DNA of 64,000 nt from an uncultured Bacteroidia bacterium (GCA_903907075.1 CAIVMQ010000006.1:1808-65807); one strand, 5' to 3'; counted from the stretch's first letter, positions 47,359-59,140 are shown. Notes: generated by a model from the sequence alone, not told the origin. Made by a program: numbers and translations.

Positions 47359-48786
47359 TCAATTTTCTTTTGTAACTAATTTTAGTTCTGCCCCCTTTTT
47401 TAACATATATTGGTAGGCTTCCTCATAGTTGTTGTGAATCTCACCCTCTAAAATCGCCTCTTTAATGGCGGATTTGATAATCCCAATTTCTCGACATGGC
47501 TTGAGGTCAAAAGTCTCCATAATAAGTTCCCCAGTAACAGGAGGCTGAAAATTTCGCAGTGCATCCCGCTCCTCAATATCCTTTAGCTTCTCGCGTACTA
47601 ATTGAAAATTAGCCATGTATTTAATAACTTTATCAGGATTCTTTGAAGTGATATCTGCCTCACAAAGAGTCATTAAATCGTCAATATCATCTCCGGCATC
47701 AAACAATAGCCTACGAACAGCAGAATCGGTAACCTCCTCTTCTGAAAGGACTATAGGTCGCATATGCAACGAAACCATTTTCTGCACAAACTTACATTTC
47801 TCGTTTAGAGGAAGTTTCAGCCGTTCGAACATTTTGGGAACCATACGTTCTCCTACGAAGTTATGGGCATGAAAGGTCCATCCTAAGCGCTGATCAAACC
47901 GCTTAGTTACGGGTTTTGCAATATCATGAAGCAGTGCCGACCACCGTAACCAAAGATTATCTGTGTTTTTAGAGATCCTGTCTACAACTTCTAGGGTATG
48001 GTAGAAATTATCTTTGTGTCCGATTCCGTTTATTGTCTCTCTCCCCTTAAGATTTTGAACTTCAGGAAGAATTAATGCCAATAAGCCTGTTTTTTCTAAG
48101 AGCTTAAACCCTACTGAGGGTTTGCTGGAAAGCATGATTTTATTAATCTCATCTGAAACCCGCTCTTTAGATACAATTTCTATTCTTTTGGACTGAGATT
48201 CAATAGCGGCAAGGGTGTTCTCTTCGATCACAAAATCAAGCTGTGTTGCAAATCGAATGGCTCTCATCATCCGCAGTGGATCATCAGAGAAGGTAATTTC
48301 AGGAGCTAATGGAGTCTTTAGGATTCGGTTCTCTAAATCAGTTACCCCATCAAATGGATCGAGTAAGTCGCCAAACCGATTACTGTTTAGACAAATAGCT
48401 AGTGCATTTATTGTAAAGTCGCGTCGCTGTTGATCATCTTCAAGGGTTCCGTCCTCAACAATTGGTTTTCTGCTCTCTAAACGGTACGACTCACGCCGCG
48501 CCCCTACGAATTCAAAATCAATCTCGTCATATCGGAACATTGCGGTTCCAAAATTATGAAAAACACTCACTTTCAGACCCGGACGTAATGCGGCAGCGAC
48601 TCTAGTGGCTAACTCAATTCCACTTCCTACAGTTACAATATCCACATCAGATAGTTGACGGTTACGACCCAGGAGAAGATCGCGAACAAATCCTCCAACG
48701 ATATACGTATCATTGCCTTGACGGTCTGATACTGCTCCGATTTGCTTGAAAACCAAATGGGTAATATGTTCTTTTAAATTTTGCAC
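47359..48786 (-). CDS. cca: CCA-adding enzyme / poly(A) polymerase-family nucleotidyltransferase with an HD domain
   Basis: GGFVRDLLLG...DVD nucleotidyltransferase head, RDFTINA, and a downstream HD motif (LLHDIAK). Confidence 0.8.
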   Translation of the reverse strand: MQNLKEHITHLVFKQIGAVSDRQGNDTYIVGGFVRDLLLGRNRQLSDVDIVTVGSGIELATRVAAALRPGLKVSVFHNFGTAMFRYDEIDFEFVGARRESYRLESRKPIVEDGTLEDDQQRRDFTINALAICLNSNRFGDLLDPFDGVTDLENRILKTPLAPEITFSDDPLRMMRAIRFATQLDFVIEENTLAAIESQSKRIEIVSKERVSDEINKIMLSSKPSVGFKLLEKTGLLALILPEVQNLKGRETINGIGHKDNFYHTLEVVDRISKNTDNLWLRWSALLHDIAKPVTKRFDQRLGWTFHAHNFVGERMVPKMFERLKLPLNEKCKFVQKMVSLHMRPIVLSEEEVTDSAVRRLLFDAGDDIDDLMTLCEADITSKNPDKVIKYMANFQLVREKLKDIEERDALRNFQPPVTGELIMETFDLKPCREIGIIKSAIKEAILEGEIHNNYEEAYQYMLKKGAELKLVTKEN

Positions 48787-48937
48787 AACTATTTTTTGAT
48801 CAGTGAATTTGCCTTCAAGGGTAAAGATTTATGTTCGGAAGAGATTTCGAGAGTAGACTTAGGCTCAAGGAGTGGTGGTCAATTTAATTAATTGTACCTC
48901 TCTATAACTTTCCCAGGTTTAAATTCTTCTAATGAAG

Positions 48938-50233
48938 TTAAAGTTTTTCGACAACTTGCTCTAGTTTCATCCCTCTTGAACCTTTTACAAGAAATAAATA
49001 CCCTTTAGGATTTAAGTTTTCTAAATAATTAATTAATAAGTTATTGTCCTCAAATACATGAAAAGATGAAGAGATTTTGCATCTTGAAAACTCATGGCCG
49101 ACAAGTAGAACCATAGAGAGATCCATTGTCTGAAGTTTGTCGGCAATCATCTGATGCTCCTCTGTCGATCCCTCACCTAATTCGAACATATCACCTAAAA
49201 TAACCCCTTTAAACGGAGCTTCAAAAGTTATAAAGCTCTCTAAGGCTGCATTCATACTTGTCGGATTGGCATTATAGGCATCTATTAAGATTTGATTTCT
49301 CTCACTTGTAATAAACTGAGAACGGTTATTTGATGGGATATAACTCTCGAGTGCGTTGCCGATTTCCAGAGGTTCGATGCTGAAATATGAGCCGATACAA
49401 ACTGCGGCTAATGCATTTTCAAGATTGTATCCTCCCGCAAGGTTTGTTTTTATATATAACCATCCTTTAGGAAATTTAACCTTAAAGACAAGTGTTGGAG
49501 AGCTATGGATAAGTTCCCCTTCGATACCAATTCCTTCATGGTTGGTTCTATATCCAATCGTTTGTGTAATATCTTTAGCCATCTCGATAAGATGACTGTT
49601 TGACGTGTTTATAAATATATTTCCACCTCGTTTGCCGATAAACTGATACAATTCTCTTTTACTCGTTTTAACACCTTCAAAGCTGCCAAATCCTTCAAGA
49701 TGTGCTTTCCCAACATTGGTGATAATCCCAAAGTCAGGCAATGCTATCTCACATAATGCTGTAATCTCTCCCTGATGATTAGCGCCCATCTCAACAATAC
49801 CAATCTGGGTTGTATCGTCCATTGATAAGAGTGTTAGCGGAACGCCGATGTGGTTATTTAGGTTTCCTTTTGTCGATGTAACGTTAAATTTCTTAGCCAA
49901 AACCGCTGTTGTTAACTCCTTGGTAGTGGTCTTTCCATTTGTCCCCGTTATGGCAATTATAGGAATTCCTAACTGAATACGGTGATATCTAGACAAAGAC
50001 TGTAATGTTTCTAATACATTATCGACAAGAATATACCTTTCATCTTTTTTATACTTGATATCGTCTATTACGGCATAGGCAGCCCCGGAACTTAAGGTGT
50101 CGCCTGCATAAACATTTCCGTTGAAGTTATCACCTTTAAGCGCAAAGAAAATAGAGCCTTCTTCGATACGGCGGCTGTCGGTCGATACAATAGGGCATTT
50201 TGCAAATAGCTTGTATAGCTCTTCAATAGACAT
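48938..50233 (-). CDS. murF: UDP-N-acetylmuramoyl-tripeptide--D-alanyl-D-alanine ligase
   Basis: Mur ligase P-loop GTNGKTTTKE and the DAYNANP motif. Confidence 0.9.
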   Translation of the reverse strand: MSIEELYKLFAKCPIVSTDSRRIEEGSIFFALKGDNFNGNVYAGDTLSSGAAYAVIDDIKYKKDERYILVDNVLETLQSLSRYHRIQLGIPIIAITGTNGKTTTKELTTAVLAKKFNVTSTKGNLNNHIGVPLTLLSMDDTTQIGIVEMGANHQGEITALCEIALPDFGIITNVGKAHLEGFGSFEGVKTSKRELYQFIGKRGGNIFINTSNSHLIEMAKDITQTIGYRTNHEGIGIEGELIHSSPTLVFKVKFPKGWLYIKTNLAGGYNLENALAAVCIGSYFSIEPLEIGNALESYIPSNNRSQFITSERNQILIDAYNANPTSMNAALESFITFEAPFKGVILGDMFELGEGSTEEHQMIADKLQTMDLSMVLLVGHEFSRCKISSSFHVFEDNNLLINYLENLNPKGYLFLVKGSRGMKLEQVVEKL

Positions 50234-50300
50234 GACAAGTGTATGAATTAAAAAACCCCATTTTACGATGAGGTTTTTTAAATGATTCTAAATGATTGTC

Positions 50301-51755
50301 TTATTTGGCATTCGAATCTCCTAAATGAGTCATTGCACATCGGAAACCTAAATCATTTGTCGATTTACGTTCGTCCATATATCTGCGGGCTCCCGGACTT
50401 AGCCAATATGTTCTGTCTTTCCAGCTTCCACCTTTATAAACACGTGTATGATCTGATATCCGTGAGACAGAATTACCTACCCCAGTTCCATACATCTGAA
50501 CTGTTGATGAAGGATCAATATTATTTTTCCAATCATCTGATTCTGTAATAACTGACTGAGCGTCACCATCTTTAAAATTAGTATAATTAACTAATGTATC
50601 CTTCTCAAGTTCACCATACTTATTCTTTGATACCTTACCATCAGGGCTTCGCTTGAAATTAGTATAGATATTGCCTCTAAGTGGCTGAAATTCACCAGCT
50701 ATAGCGAATGAATTCGGACGATATACATCTTGCACCCATTCGTTTACGTTACCTGCCATGCAGTATAATCCATAGTCATTGGGTTGGAAAGAATGAACAG
50801 GGGCCGTAATTTCATATCCATCATTAAGGTAACCTGCAACCCCCATATAGTCTCCACGACCTCTAACATTATTTGCTAACATCTCCCCTTTGTGCTTCTT
50901 CGTGCTATTTCTAATTTGATTCCCGTTCCATGGATATATTCTCCGTTCAAGAACTACCTCATCTTCCGTATTTCCTGAAAGCCCAAGAGCAGCAAACTCC
51001 CATTCAGCTTCTGTTGGAAGTCTGTAACGAGGCTTAATATATCCATCAGACATATTAACACGACGAGATCCACCGTCTTTACTTAGATTCTTAAGCGGCT
51101 TTTTCCCTTCTGCACCTTCATAAACTCCGTTAAGATAACTGTCAGTAGTAAATACTTTTTCTCCCGCCTGTGTAAGGTCTTGCTCTAGTTTTTGGTTTTC
51201 AACTAAAATACCTTCATTTGCACGGTCTGTTCTCCAACGGCAATATTTTTCAACCTGTACCCAGCTAACTCCTACTACAGGATATTCAGAATAGGCTGCA
51301 TGACGCAGGTAGTTTTCAAGATAAGGCTCATTATAAGAGAGTTCACTTCTCCAAACTATTGTATCCGGCAATGCAGCTTTTAATACCTCAACATCTCCAG
51401 GATAAACGCGCTGTAACCAATACAGATATTCTCTCCAATCAACATTACGAACCTCGGTTTCATCCATATAAAAAGATGGAACTGTAACTCTTCGTGGGGT
51501 ATTGTTCGCCTCAAACATAACGTCTTGCTCAACTCGTCCCATCGTAAATGTTCCTCCTTGAATATATACTAATCCGGGACCGGAAGTTTGAGAATAGCCT
51601 GCAGCATACTCAAAACCACCATTTTTCGGATTGTTATAAGACCAGCCTGTTGTAGATGAAACACTTTTTTTCTTCCCTTTTGTCAAACTTTTGAAAGGAC
51701 AGGCAGTTAAAATCATCAAACATAGAACCAGATAAATATAACTATGGAGTTTCAT
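50301..51755 (-). CDS. gldJ: Gliding motility/T9SS lipoprotein GldJ (FGE-sulfatase fold)
   Basis: Lipobox (LTAC), TGWSYNNPKNGGFE and an FGE/SUMF1-like body. It lies immediately upstream of murF and divergent from porU, the neighbourhood I recall for gldJ in Flavobacterium. Confidence 0.7.
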   Translation of the reverse strand: MKLHSYIYLVLCLMILTACPFKSLTKGKKKSVSSTTGWSYNNPKNGGFEYAAGYSQTSGPGLVYIQGGTFTMGRVEQDVMFEANNTPRRVTVPSFYMDETEVRNVDWREYLYWLQRVYPGDVEVLKAALPDTIVWRSELSYNEPYLENYLRHAAYSEYPVVGVSWVQVEKYCRWRTDRANEGILVENQKLEQDLTQAGEKVFTTDSYLNGVYEGAEGKKPLKNLSKDGGSRRVNMSDGYIKPRYRLPTEAEWEFAALGLSGNTEDEVVLERRIYPWNGNQIRNSTKKHKGEMLANNVRGRGDYMGVAGYLNDGYEITAPVHSFQPNDYGLYCMAGNVNEWVQDVYRPNSFAIAGEFQPLRGNIYTNFKRSPDGKVSKNKYGELEKDTLVNYTNFKDGDAQSVITESDDWKNNIDPSSTVQMYGTGVGNSVSRISDHTRVYKGGSWKDRTYWLSPGARRYMDERKSTNDLGFRCAMTHLGDSNAK

Positions 51756-51805
51756 ATATTGATATCGTTTAAATTCACTTGCACTGTTACTAAATTTTTA
51801 AAGTA

Positions 51806-51813
51806 CAAATATA
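51806..51813 (-). promoter_or_regulatory. -7 box TATATTTG (minus strand) for gldJ
   Basis: Plus-strand caaatata, 50 nt upstream of the gldJ ATG. Confidence 0.45.
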
Positions 51814-52065
51814 AGTATAATTACAATCACTTTAAACTAGCCAAATAAGGCGTCATTCGATTTCTTATTCTAACTTAAAACGCCACAAATATATTCGAAA
51901 ATATCGAATTTATGATCCTTTTTATATTCTTTTCCTCAATATTTTATGACGGAAGTTTGAAAAAGAATTGAATTTGATTCTATTTGTTACTTGAATCTAC
52001 TTTTTGTTGGCTATTTCGTTTAAGTAGCGTAATATTGATTGCTTTTTCTAATCTGATTATTAATC

Positions 52066-55000
52066 ATGACCAAGGTATTCTTGCTATTCCTGCTGCTTAC
52101 AGTTCAAAATGCCTCATTAATGGCTGATGTAGAGTATTTTGACACTTTTCATGTAGAAGATGGCACGCTTAATCCGGCAGAAATAGGCACTGATTTTTCT
52201 GATGTGTTAGAAGCAAAAAAGAATTTTTCTGACTCTTTGAAAAATTCTTCAGTTATGAATTCTATTCTCGCTTCGGGCTATTGGGTGAAGGCAAAGACAA
52301 CCCACACTGGAATTCACAAAGTAACGTTTGCACAACTTAAGGCAATGGGTTTTCAAACGCCTGCCAATGTGCGCTTTTTCGGCTCGCCTAATCTGTCTAT
52401 GCCCCAACAAAATAATAGTTCGTATCTGGATGATCTTATTCCTGTTTCTGTTTTACAGACTTCAGATGCTCAATTGAATGATTGTTTTATGCTTTTTATA
52501 CCAGGCCCCTCCTTCTGGTCTTATGATTCATTAACCAATTTGTACAATTCTAAGTCTAACGCTTTTGCTCAAGGGGTTTCTTTGCTCTACCTCACTGAAA
52601 ATACTCCTCTCAGGATTATTGGTCAGATCCCATCCAGGCCTGAAAATCCTTCTGTAATAGTTCAAGATTTTGATGATTTTTCTATTTTTAAAGAGGATAA
52701 TTACAACCTTATTCAGTCTGGTAGTCATTGGTTCTCTTCACTTTTAACTCTGAATACTAAATTGGACAAGAGTTTTACTTTTCAAGATCACGTACCGGAT
52801 GAACCATTTCGGTTTTCGATAGCTGCCGCTTGCCGCAGTACTCTCTCATCGTCGTTGGATATCCTTGTCAATTCTTCGAATCCAGAATCTATCCAGTTTT
52901 CTCCGTATTCGAACTTTGCAGAGGCCGACTATGCCGTTTCTAAAGAATTATTTTATTCTGCAAAATTAAATAGCGATAACCTCACTTTTTCTTTAACATA
53001 TAATGGAGAGAGTAATGGGAAATGTTGGCTTGATTATATTCAAGTGCAGACAAGACGAAAACTTAAAATGCATGACTCACAACTTCAGTTTTGCGATTCT
53101 AGATCCGTAAAAGCAAATGCTATTTCACAATTCCAGATTGACAATTCCTCCCCAAGTTGTCGGGTTTGGGATGTTACATCCCCTTTTAAACCTATTGGGA
53201 TTGAATCTTCAATGGTTTTAAACTTGCGTATTTTTAAAGTCTCAACTGATACTCTACGTCGTTTTATTGCTTTTGATCCCCTATTGAATTTTCCGATTCT
53301 TGAGAAAGTGGAAATTGTTAAAAACCAGAACTTACACGCACTCGCGGCTCCGGACATGCTAATTATTACTCCCCAAGATTTTCTCCCAGAGGCTCAACGG
53401 CTGGCCTCTTTTCATGTTCATAATGATCAAATGGAGGTCGCTGTAGTAAAGGTGTCTGAAATATATGACGAATTTTCGGGTGGAATTCCTGATGCCACAG
53501 CTATCCGAAATTTCGTACGGACAATATATCAAAAGTCTGATCCTGGAAATCCAAAACTAAAATATCTCCTCCTTTTTGGAAAGGGAACATATGATAACAT
53601 TCATCCTACCTCTTCTAAGAACCCCTGTTATATTCCAACCTGGCAGTCAAGTAATTCTATAAATCCTGTGGCATCTTATACTTCTGACGATTATTTCGGT
53701 TTGCTTATCGGTGGCGAAATGGATATCGGCGTTGGACGTATACCTTGTTCAACCATTACGCAGGCTAAAATTGCAGTTGACAAAATGGTGGCATATGCGA
53801 GCAACTTGTCCATAGGTAATTGGCGAAATGTACTCTGTTTTGTTGGTGATGACGAAGATAATAATATACACGTATCAGATTCAGAACAACTGGCCAATTT
53901 TGTAAATCAGAAATATCCTGAATTCTCTACCGAAAAGATCTATTTGGATGCTTACCGAAAGCAAACTGACCCGGTAATGAGTTATCCGGATGTTAATAAG
54001 GCGATTAATGATCGGATAAAAGCTGGAACATTAATTATGAATTATGTTGGCCATGCAAATGTGGAGGAGTGGGCTGCAGAAAAAGTACTTACTATTGCTG
54101 ATATTGATAGTTGGAGTAATCGTAATAAATTGGCTATTGTCGTGGCAGCTACATGTGAATTTGGAAGATGGGACCTGATAGATAAAGAGTCTGCGGGCGA
54201 GCATGTTTTATTTAATCAAAGTGGGGGAGGGGTTGCCCTTTTTGCGGCAAATCGAATGGTTTATTCATCCTCGAACTTTGAGATGAACAAGAGCTTTTTT
54301 AACAATGTCTTTAAAAAAGATAAAATAGGCAATAACCTTTGTCTTGGAGATATTATAAGATTGGCTAAAAATGGGATCGGACAGACTATGAATAGTTCTA
54401 AGTTTGGTTTGATCGGTGATCCTGCAATTCGGATTAACGCCCCGGCATATAACGTAAATACACTCGAGATTAATAATCAAGCTTCTGAGCAACTAACAGA
54501 TACGCTAAAGCCACTCTCCCTGGTTAGTGTGTGGGGTGAGATTCAAAATAGTATTGGAGAAAAATTGTCCGGCTTTACTGGACATCTCTATCCAACGGTT
54601 TATGATAAACCTGTCGAGGTAAGCACACTTGGTAATAACGGACAGACTCCCTTTAACTACAAGGTTCAGAATTCAATTCTTTTTAGGGGGAATGCGACGG
54701 TAAAAAATGGTGAATTCTTCTATAACTTTGAGGTTCCCAAGGAGATTAATTATCGGATAGGAAATGGGCTAATACGGAATTATTCTAATGATAATCAAAA
54801 TGATGCAAATGGCAGTGTCATTTCACTGAAATTCGGAGGGAGCCCCAATTTGAACTCTAATGACAATACAGGCCCACTGATTAAACTGGCATTGGACACT
54901 AAAAATTTTAAAGGTGGAGATAAGGTTTCAAAGGCGCCTCTTTTAATGGTCGATCTTGAGGATGTGTCAGGAATTAATACCACAGGAAGTGCAGTTGGGC

Positions 55001-55515
55001 ATGATATTACGGTGATTATTGATCAGCAGATCGATAAATTGTTGGTTCTAAATGACTATTTTCAATCAGGTATCGATTCGTATAGAAGTGGCAATGTAAT
55101 TTTCCAGCTACCTATTTTGACTGAAGGCAAGCATACACTTACGTTTAAAGTTTGGGATCTGGCCAATAATTCAGCTGAGGTAGAGGTTCAGTTTAGAGTA
55201 TCTCCCAATTTGGTGATCAACCAAGTACTTGCCTATCCAAATCCTTTTCGCGATTACACCGATTTTGTTGCCGAATATAATCGATTTAGCGAAAAGACAA
55301 TTGTCGAAATCGAGATTTTTAATTTACAAGGAATACGTGTTGACTATATCAAATCAGATTCAGGATCCTCAGGTTTCTCAACACAACCCATAAGATGGAG
55401 CCCAGGAAGTAATAATGCCAATCTAGCTTCCGGAATATACCACTATCGCTATAAGCTAAAGACTTTAGATGGTTATTCTGAGGTTAAATTGGGGCAACTG
55501 ATTTATACGAAGTAA
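52066..55515 (+). CDS. porU: Type IX secretion system sortase PorU (C25 peptidase family)
   Basis: 1149 aa with a signal peptide and a gingipain/C25-like catalytic region. The C-terminus carries a type-A CTD signature (AYPNPFRDYT...IFNLQGIRV...GIYHYRY). Confidence 0.75.
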   Translation: MTKVFLLFLLLTVQNASLMADVEYFDTFHVEDGTLNPAEIGTDFSDVLEAKKNFSDSLKNSSVMNSILASGYWVKAKTTHTGIHKVTFAQLKAMGFQTPANVRFFGSPNLSMPQQNNSSYLDDLIPVSVLQTSDAQLNDCFMLFIPGPSFWSYDSLTNLYNSKSNAFAQGVSLLYLTENTPLRIIGQIPSRPENPSVIVQDFDDFSIFKEDNYNLIQSGSHWFSSLLTLNTKLDKSFTFQDHVPDEPFRFSIAAACRSTLSSSLDILVNSSNPESIQFSPYSNFAEADYAVSKELFYSAKLNSDNLTFSLTYNGESNGKCWLDYIQVQTRRKLKMHDSQLQFCDSRSVKANAISQFQIDNSSPSCRVWDVTSPFKPIGIESSMVLNLRIFKVSTDTLRRFIAFDPLLNFPILEKVEIVKNQNLHALAAPDMLIITPQDFLPEAQRLASFHVHNDQMEVAVVKVSEIYDEFSGGIPDATAIRNFVRTIYQKSDPGNPKLKYLLLFGKGTYDNIHPTSSKNPCYIPTWQSSNSINPVASYTSDDYFGLLIGGEMDIGVGRIPCSTITQAKIAVDKMVAYASNLSIGNWRNVLCFVGDDEDNNIHVSDSEQLANFVNQKYPEFSTEKIYLDAYRKQTDPVMSYPDVNKAINDRIKAGTLIMNYVGHANVEEWAAEKVLTIADIDSWSNRNKLAIVVAATCEFGRWDLIDKESAGEHVLFNQSGGGVALFAANRMVYSSSNFEMNKSFFNNVFKKDKIGNNLCLGDIIRLAKNGIGQTMNSSKFGLIGDPAIRINAPAYNVNTLEINNQASEQLTDTLKPLSLVSVWGEIQNSIGEKLSGFTGHLYPTVYDKPVEVSTLGNNGQTPFNYKVQNSILFRGNATVKNGEFFYNFEVPKEINYRIGNGLIRNYSNDNQNDANGSVISLKFGGSPNLNSNDNTGPLIKLALDTKNFKGGDKVSKAPLLMVDLEDVSGINTTGSAVGHDITVIIDQQIDKLLVLNDYFQSGIDSYRSGNVIFQLPILTEGKHTLTFKVWDLANNSAEVEVQFRVSPNLVINQVLAYPNPFRDYTDFVAEYNRFSEKTIVEIEIFNLQGIRVDYIKSDSGSSGFSTQPIRWSPGSNNANLASGIYHYRYKLKTLDGYSEVKLGQLIYTK

Positions 55516-55537
55516 AGTCTGTTCTACTTCGTATTTT
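55505..55537 (+). terminator. Intrinsic terminator overlapping the porU stop codon
   Basis: atacgaagta (55505-55514) pairs with tacttcgtat (55525-55534), followed by TTTT. Confidence 0.8.
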
Positions 55538-55768
55538 GGCTGTCAAGTTTATCAAGGATAGCGAAAACGAAATACTTACTGCTTACTTTTTTTGGTTTCC
55601 TAAGGTTGTTTAAGGAGACTTCAATGCAGTAATTCCAGATGCTTATTTACTGGGTTATTTTTTGTATTTTGCGAAATAAGATCTAGATTCAAGATTAGTT
55701 AAGCCCCTTTTTATCTCCTGAATATTGGAGTTTAAATTTCTTATTTTCATGAAATCAAATTAAACAGT

Positions 55769-56251
55769 ATGAGCTATCGGATTGGATTGGGATACGATGT
55801 GCATCAATTGGCATTTGGAGAAACCCTATGGCTTGGAGGAATAGTTATACCACACGATAAAGGTCTGGTAGCCCATTCAGATGGGGATGTTTTACTTCAC
55901 GCTATTTGTGATGCCTTATTAGGGGCTGCCAAACTCAGAGATTTGGGCTTCCATTTTCCGGATACTGTAGCCCAATATCGAGCCATAGACAGCAAGATTT
56001 TGCTGCTTAATACGTATCAACTTATTTTAAATAAAGGATTTAGACTTGTGAATCTGGATGCTACAGTTTCGGCGCAACGCCCTCGATTAAGCGCCTTTAT
56101 CCCTCAAATGGAGGCTGCTATAGCCAAAGTTTTACAGGTCGATAGTGACTTGATTAATATTAAAGCAACAACAACTGAAAAGCTTGGCTTTGAAGGACGC
56201 GAGGAAGGCATTTCAGCCCAAGCTATTGTGCTAATAGAGAGGATTAGCTAG
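55769..56251 (+). CDS. ispF: 2-C-methyl-D-erythritol 2,4-cyclodiphosphate synthase
   Basis: IGLGYDVH...GHSDGDVLLHAICDALLGA motif set. Confidence 0.9.
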   Translation: MSYRIGLGYDVHQLAFGETLWLGGIVIPHDKGLVAHSDGDVLLHAICDALLGAAKLRDLGFHFPDTVAQYRAIDSKILLLNTYQLILNKGFRLVNLDATVSAQRPRLSAFIPQMEAAIAKVLQVDSDLINIKATTTEKLGFEGREEGISAQAIVLIERIS

Positions 56252-56325
56252 TTGTTATTAATTGTTCAGTACCAAGGGCTTTTAACTGGGTTATTTTTGT
56301 AGAGTTAAAGATCTTTGGGTATACT

Positions 56326-56361
56326 AAAAGAGCCGTAATAATATTGTATTACGGCTCTTTT
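56326..56361. terminator. Bidirectional terminator between ispF and lon
   Basis: aaaagagccgtaata (56326-56340) pairs with tattacggctctttt (56347-56361), with A and T runs on both sides. Confidence 0.85.
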
Positions 56362-56379
56362 AAATTGTAATTCAATATT

Positions 56380-58839
56380 TTACGAGATCGTTAATGGGTT
56401 TTTAATTTTCTCTTTCAGCAGAGCGATCTCAAATACTTCATCAACATTAACAACATAGTGGAATATTAGCCCTTTTATATAGATCTCCTTGATCTCATCG
56501 ATATCCTTTTTATTCTCTTTTGAGAGGATGATCTCTTTTATTCCGGCACGTTTGGCCGCTAGAATCTTCTCTTTAATACCACCCACTGGCATAACTCTGC
56601 CACGCAAGGTTATCTCTCCGGTCATAGCCAACTCTTTTTTTACTTTTCGCTGGGTAAAGGCCGATGCAAGAGCTGTAGCCATGGTAATTCCTGCGGAAGG
56701 ACCATCTTTGGGAATTGCCCCTTCTGGTATATGCATGTGAACATCCCATTGACCAAATATTAGAGGATCTAAACCAATCTTCTTACTGTGAGCTCTGAGA
56801 TATTCAAAGGCAATGGTTGCAGATTCTTTCATCACTTCACCCAAATTGCCGGTAATTGTGAATTTACTCTTGCCTGGGCTAAGACTAGTCTCTACATAAA
56901 GTATCTCACCTCCAACAGATGTCCAGGCAAGTCCTGTCACCACCCCAGCGTACTCATTCCCTTCATAGCTCTCTTTACTATATTTTGGTGCGCCCAGATA
57001 TTCGCGAATTTCAGAAATTCCAATTTTCTTGTTGTAGGGTTCATCAAATGCAACTTTTCGTGCAACCCTTCTTGTTACCTTCGCAATTTGCTTTTCCATT
57101 TCACGAACACCTGATTCGCGTGTGTAATCTTCAACTAATTTGCGGAGAGCCTCTTTGGTGAATTTTAAATCATTTTTCGTCAATCCATGATTTTCAAGTT
57201 GTCTGGATACCAGATGACGCATGGCAATTTCAATCTTCTCTTCGATCAGATAACCACTTACGTCTATCAGTTCTAATCTGTCGCGTAAAGCCGGATGGAT
57301 TGTATTTAACGAGTTGGCAGTCGCAATAAACATTACCCGTGAGAGATCATAGTCCTGATCAATATAATTATCGTGAAATTCACTGTTTTGTTCGGGATCA
57401 AGCACCTCTAACAGAGCTGAAGCTGGATCGCCATGGAAATCGCTCGATACTTTATCGATCTCATCAAGAATAAATACAGGGTTTGATGTTCCAGCCTTTT
57501 TTAAGTTCAGCATTATTCTCCCAGGCATTGCTCCGATATATGTTTTACGATGTCCTCTAATCTCCGATTCATCATGTAGGCCTCCAAGGCTCATCCGAAC
57601 AAATTTCCGCCCTAAGGCCCTAGCCACTGATTTGCCCAGCGATGTTTTACCAACTCCAGGAGGACCATAAAGACAAAGAATTGGAGACTTCATATCCCCT
57701 TTTAATTTTAGTACTGCAAGGTGTTCTAGAATACGGTCCTTAACTTTCTCGAGCCCGAAATGGTCCTCGTCAAGAATTCGGGCTGCATTTTTCAGATCGA
57801 AATTATCTTCTGAATAGACATTCCAGGGTAGATCCAGGAGTGTCTCCAGATAGCCTGATTGAACCGAGTACTCCCCTGCAGCAGGATTCATTCGGATTAG
57901 TTTGGAAAGCTCTTTTTCAAAAAGGAGTTGAATGTTAGGAGCCCAGTTCTTTTCAAGGCTACGCTTCTTAAGTTCTGCAATCTCTTGCTCAGAAGGGTTG
58001 CCGCCGAGTTCGTCCTGAATAGATTTAATTTGCTGATTAAGAAGGTATTCACGCTGTTGTTGATCCATATCTATCTTAACCTTCTTTTGAATATCCTTCT
58101 TTAGGTCAATCATCTGAGCCTCTCTGACTAAGAATGTCAGTAAAATAGTACTTCTCTCACGCAGATCGTCTAATTCAAGTAATTCCTGCTTCTCTTCAGC
58201 ACTAAGTTCAGTATTATTACAGATAAAATTAATTAGAAAAGTATCATTTTCAATGTTTTTAACTGCAAACTGTGCCTCTGGAGGAATGTTTCCCGAAGAC
58301 TTAACTATTTTAAGCGCCAGATCTTTTAGCGATTCAACCAGCGCGTTAAATTCATTCATCCTTGTATGAGGAAGAATGTCGTTAAGTACCTGTACCGTTG
58401 CAGACATATATGGGTTCAATCCACTAACTTCATGGATCTTAAATCGTCTCTTCCCCTGTATGATTACGGAGGTTGAGCCGTCAGGCATCTCGAGGATTTT
58501 CAGGATCTCTGCCATTGTCCCTACCTGGAACAGGTCGTTAGCATCCGGGTTTTCAATTTGGCCGTCTTTTTGAGCAATTGTACCAATGAGCTTATTTCCG
58601 GCATAAGCTTCTCTGATAAGCAACAATGATTTTTGTCTTCCTACTGTTATGGGCATTACAACACCTGGGAAAAGTACCGTGTTGCGAAGAGGTAAGATTG
58701 GCAGAGTTGCAGGTAATTCAATTAAGTTTAACTCGGCATCATCACCATCAACCATGATTGGAATGAAATCTCCCTGAGCTTCTATTTCTCTGGTAAATAA
58801 GAAGTTATTTTTTGGTCCTTTATTTTTTTTATTTTCCAT
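56380..58839 (-). CDS. lon: ATP-dependent Lon protease (endopeptidase La)
   Basis: LON N-domain, Walker [10 protein letters not shown], and the proteolytic site PKDGPSAG. Start at MENKKNK (CAT 58837-58839). Confidence 0.95.
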   Translation of the reverse strand: MENKKNKGPKNNFLFTREIEAQGDFIPIMVDGDDAELNLIELPATLPILPLRNTVLFPGVVMPITVGRQKSLLLIREAYAGNKLIGTIAQKDGQIENPDANDLFQVGTMAEILKILEMPDGSTSVIIQGKRRFKIHEVSGLNPYMSATVQVLNDILPHTRMNEFNALVESLKDLALKIVKSSGNIPPEAQFAVKNIENDTFLINFICNNTELSAEEKQELLELDDLRERSTILLTFLVREAQMIDLKKDIQKKVKIDMDQQQREYLLNQQIKSIQDELGGNPSEQEIAELKKRSLEKNWAPNIQLLFEKELSKLIRMNPAAGEYSVQSGYLETLLDLPWNVYSEDNFDLKNAARILDEDHFGLEKVKDRILEHLAVLKLKGDMKSPILCLYGPPGVGKTSLGKSVARALGRKFVRMSLGGLHDESEIRGHRKTYIGAMPGRIMLNLKKAGTSNPVFILDEIDKVSSDFHGDPASALLEVLDPEQNSEFHDNYIDQDYDLSRVMFIATANSLNTIHPALRDRLELIDVSGYLIEEKIEIAMRHLVSRQLENHGLTKNDLKFTKEALRKLVEDYTRESGVREMEKQIAKVTRRVARKVAFDEPYNKKIGISEIREYLGAPKYSKESYEGNEYAGVVTGLAWTSVGGEILYVETSLSPGKSKFTITGNLGEVMKESATIAFEYLRAHSKKIGLDPLIFGQWDVHMHIPEGAIPKDGPSAGITMATALASAFTQRKVKKELAMTGEITLRGRVMPVGGIKEKILAAKRAGIKEIILSKENKKDIDEIKEIYIKGLIFHYVVNVDEVFEIALLKEKIKNPLTIS

Positions 58840-59087
58840 GTTCAATTTAAAGAAATGACAATTTGTCGGAGAACTCAACTTAATATGGTTCTGTAATATT
58901 ATGTCAATTCGTATGCCAAACTTATTTTTGCTCCGAACTATTTATTTCACGGATCTTTTGGTTTTCCAGATCAGAGTCTCGGGATCCTTTTTTGCGGCAC
59001 TCCTTTATACTCAATTGCACCAAATGTAGTTTAACATTGTTATCAAAGGCAATAGGAAATTCACATCTTCTACGTGCAAAAATAGCA

Positions 59088-59125
59088 CAAAAAAACCCCG
59101 CACTTTAAAATTACGGGGTTTTTTT
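59088..59125 (-). terminator. Intrinsic terminator of rpmE
   Basis: CCCCG (59096-59100) pairs with CGGGG (59114-59118), flanked by A and T runs. Confidence 0.75.
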
Positions 59126-59140
59126 ACAATTGTTTTGATA

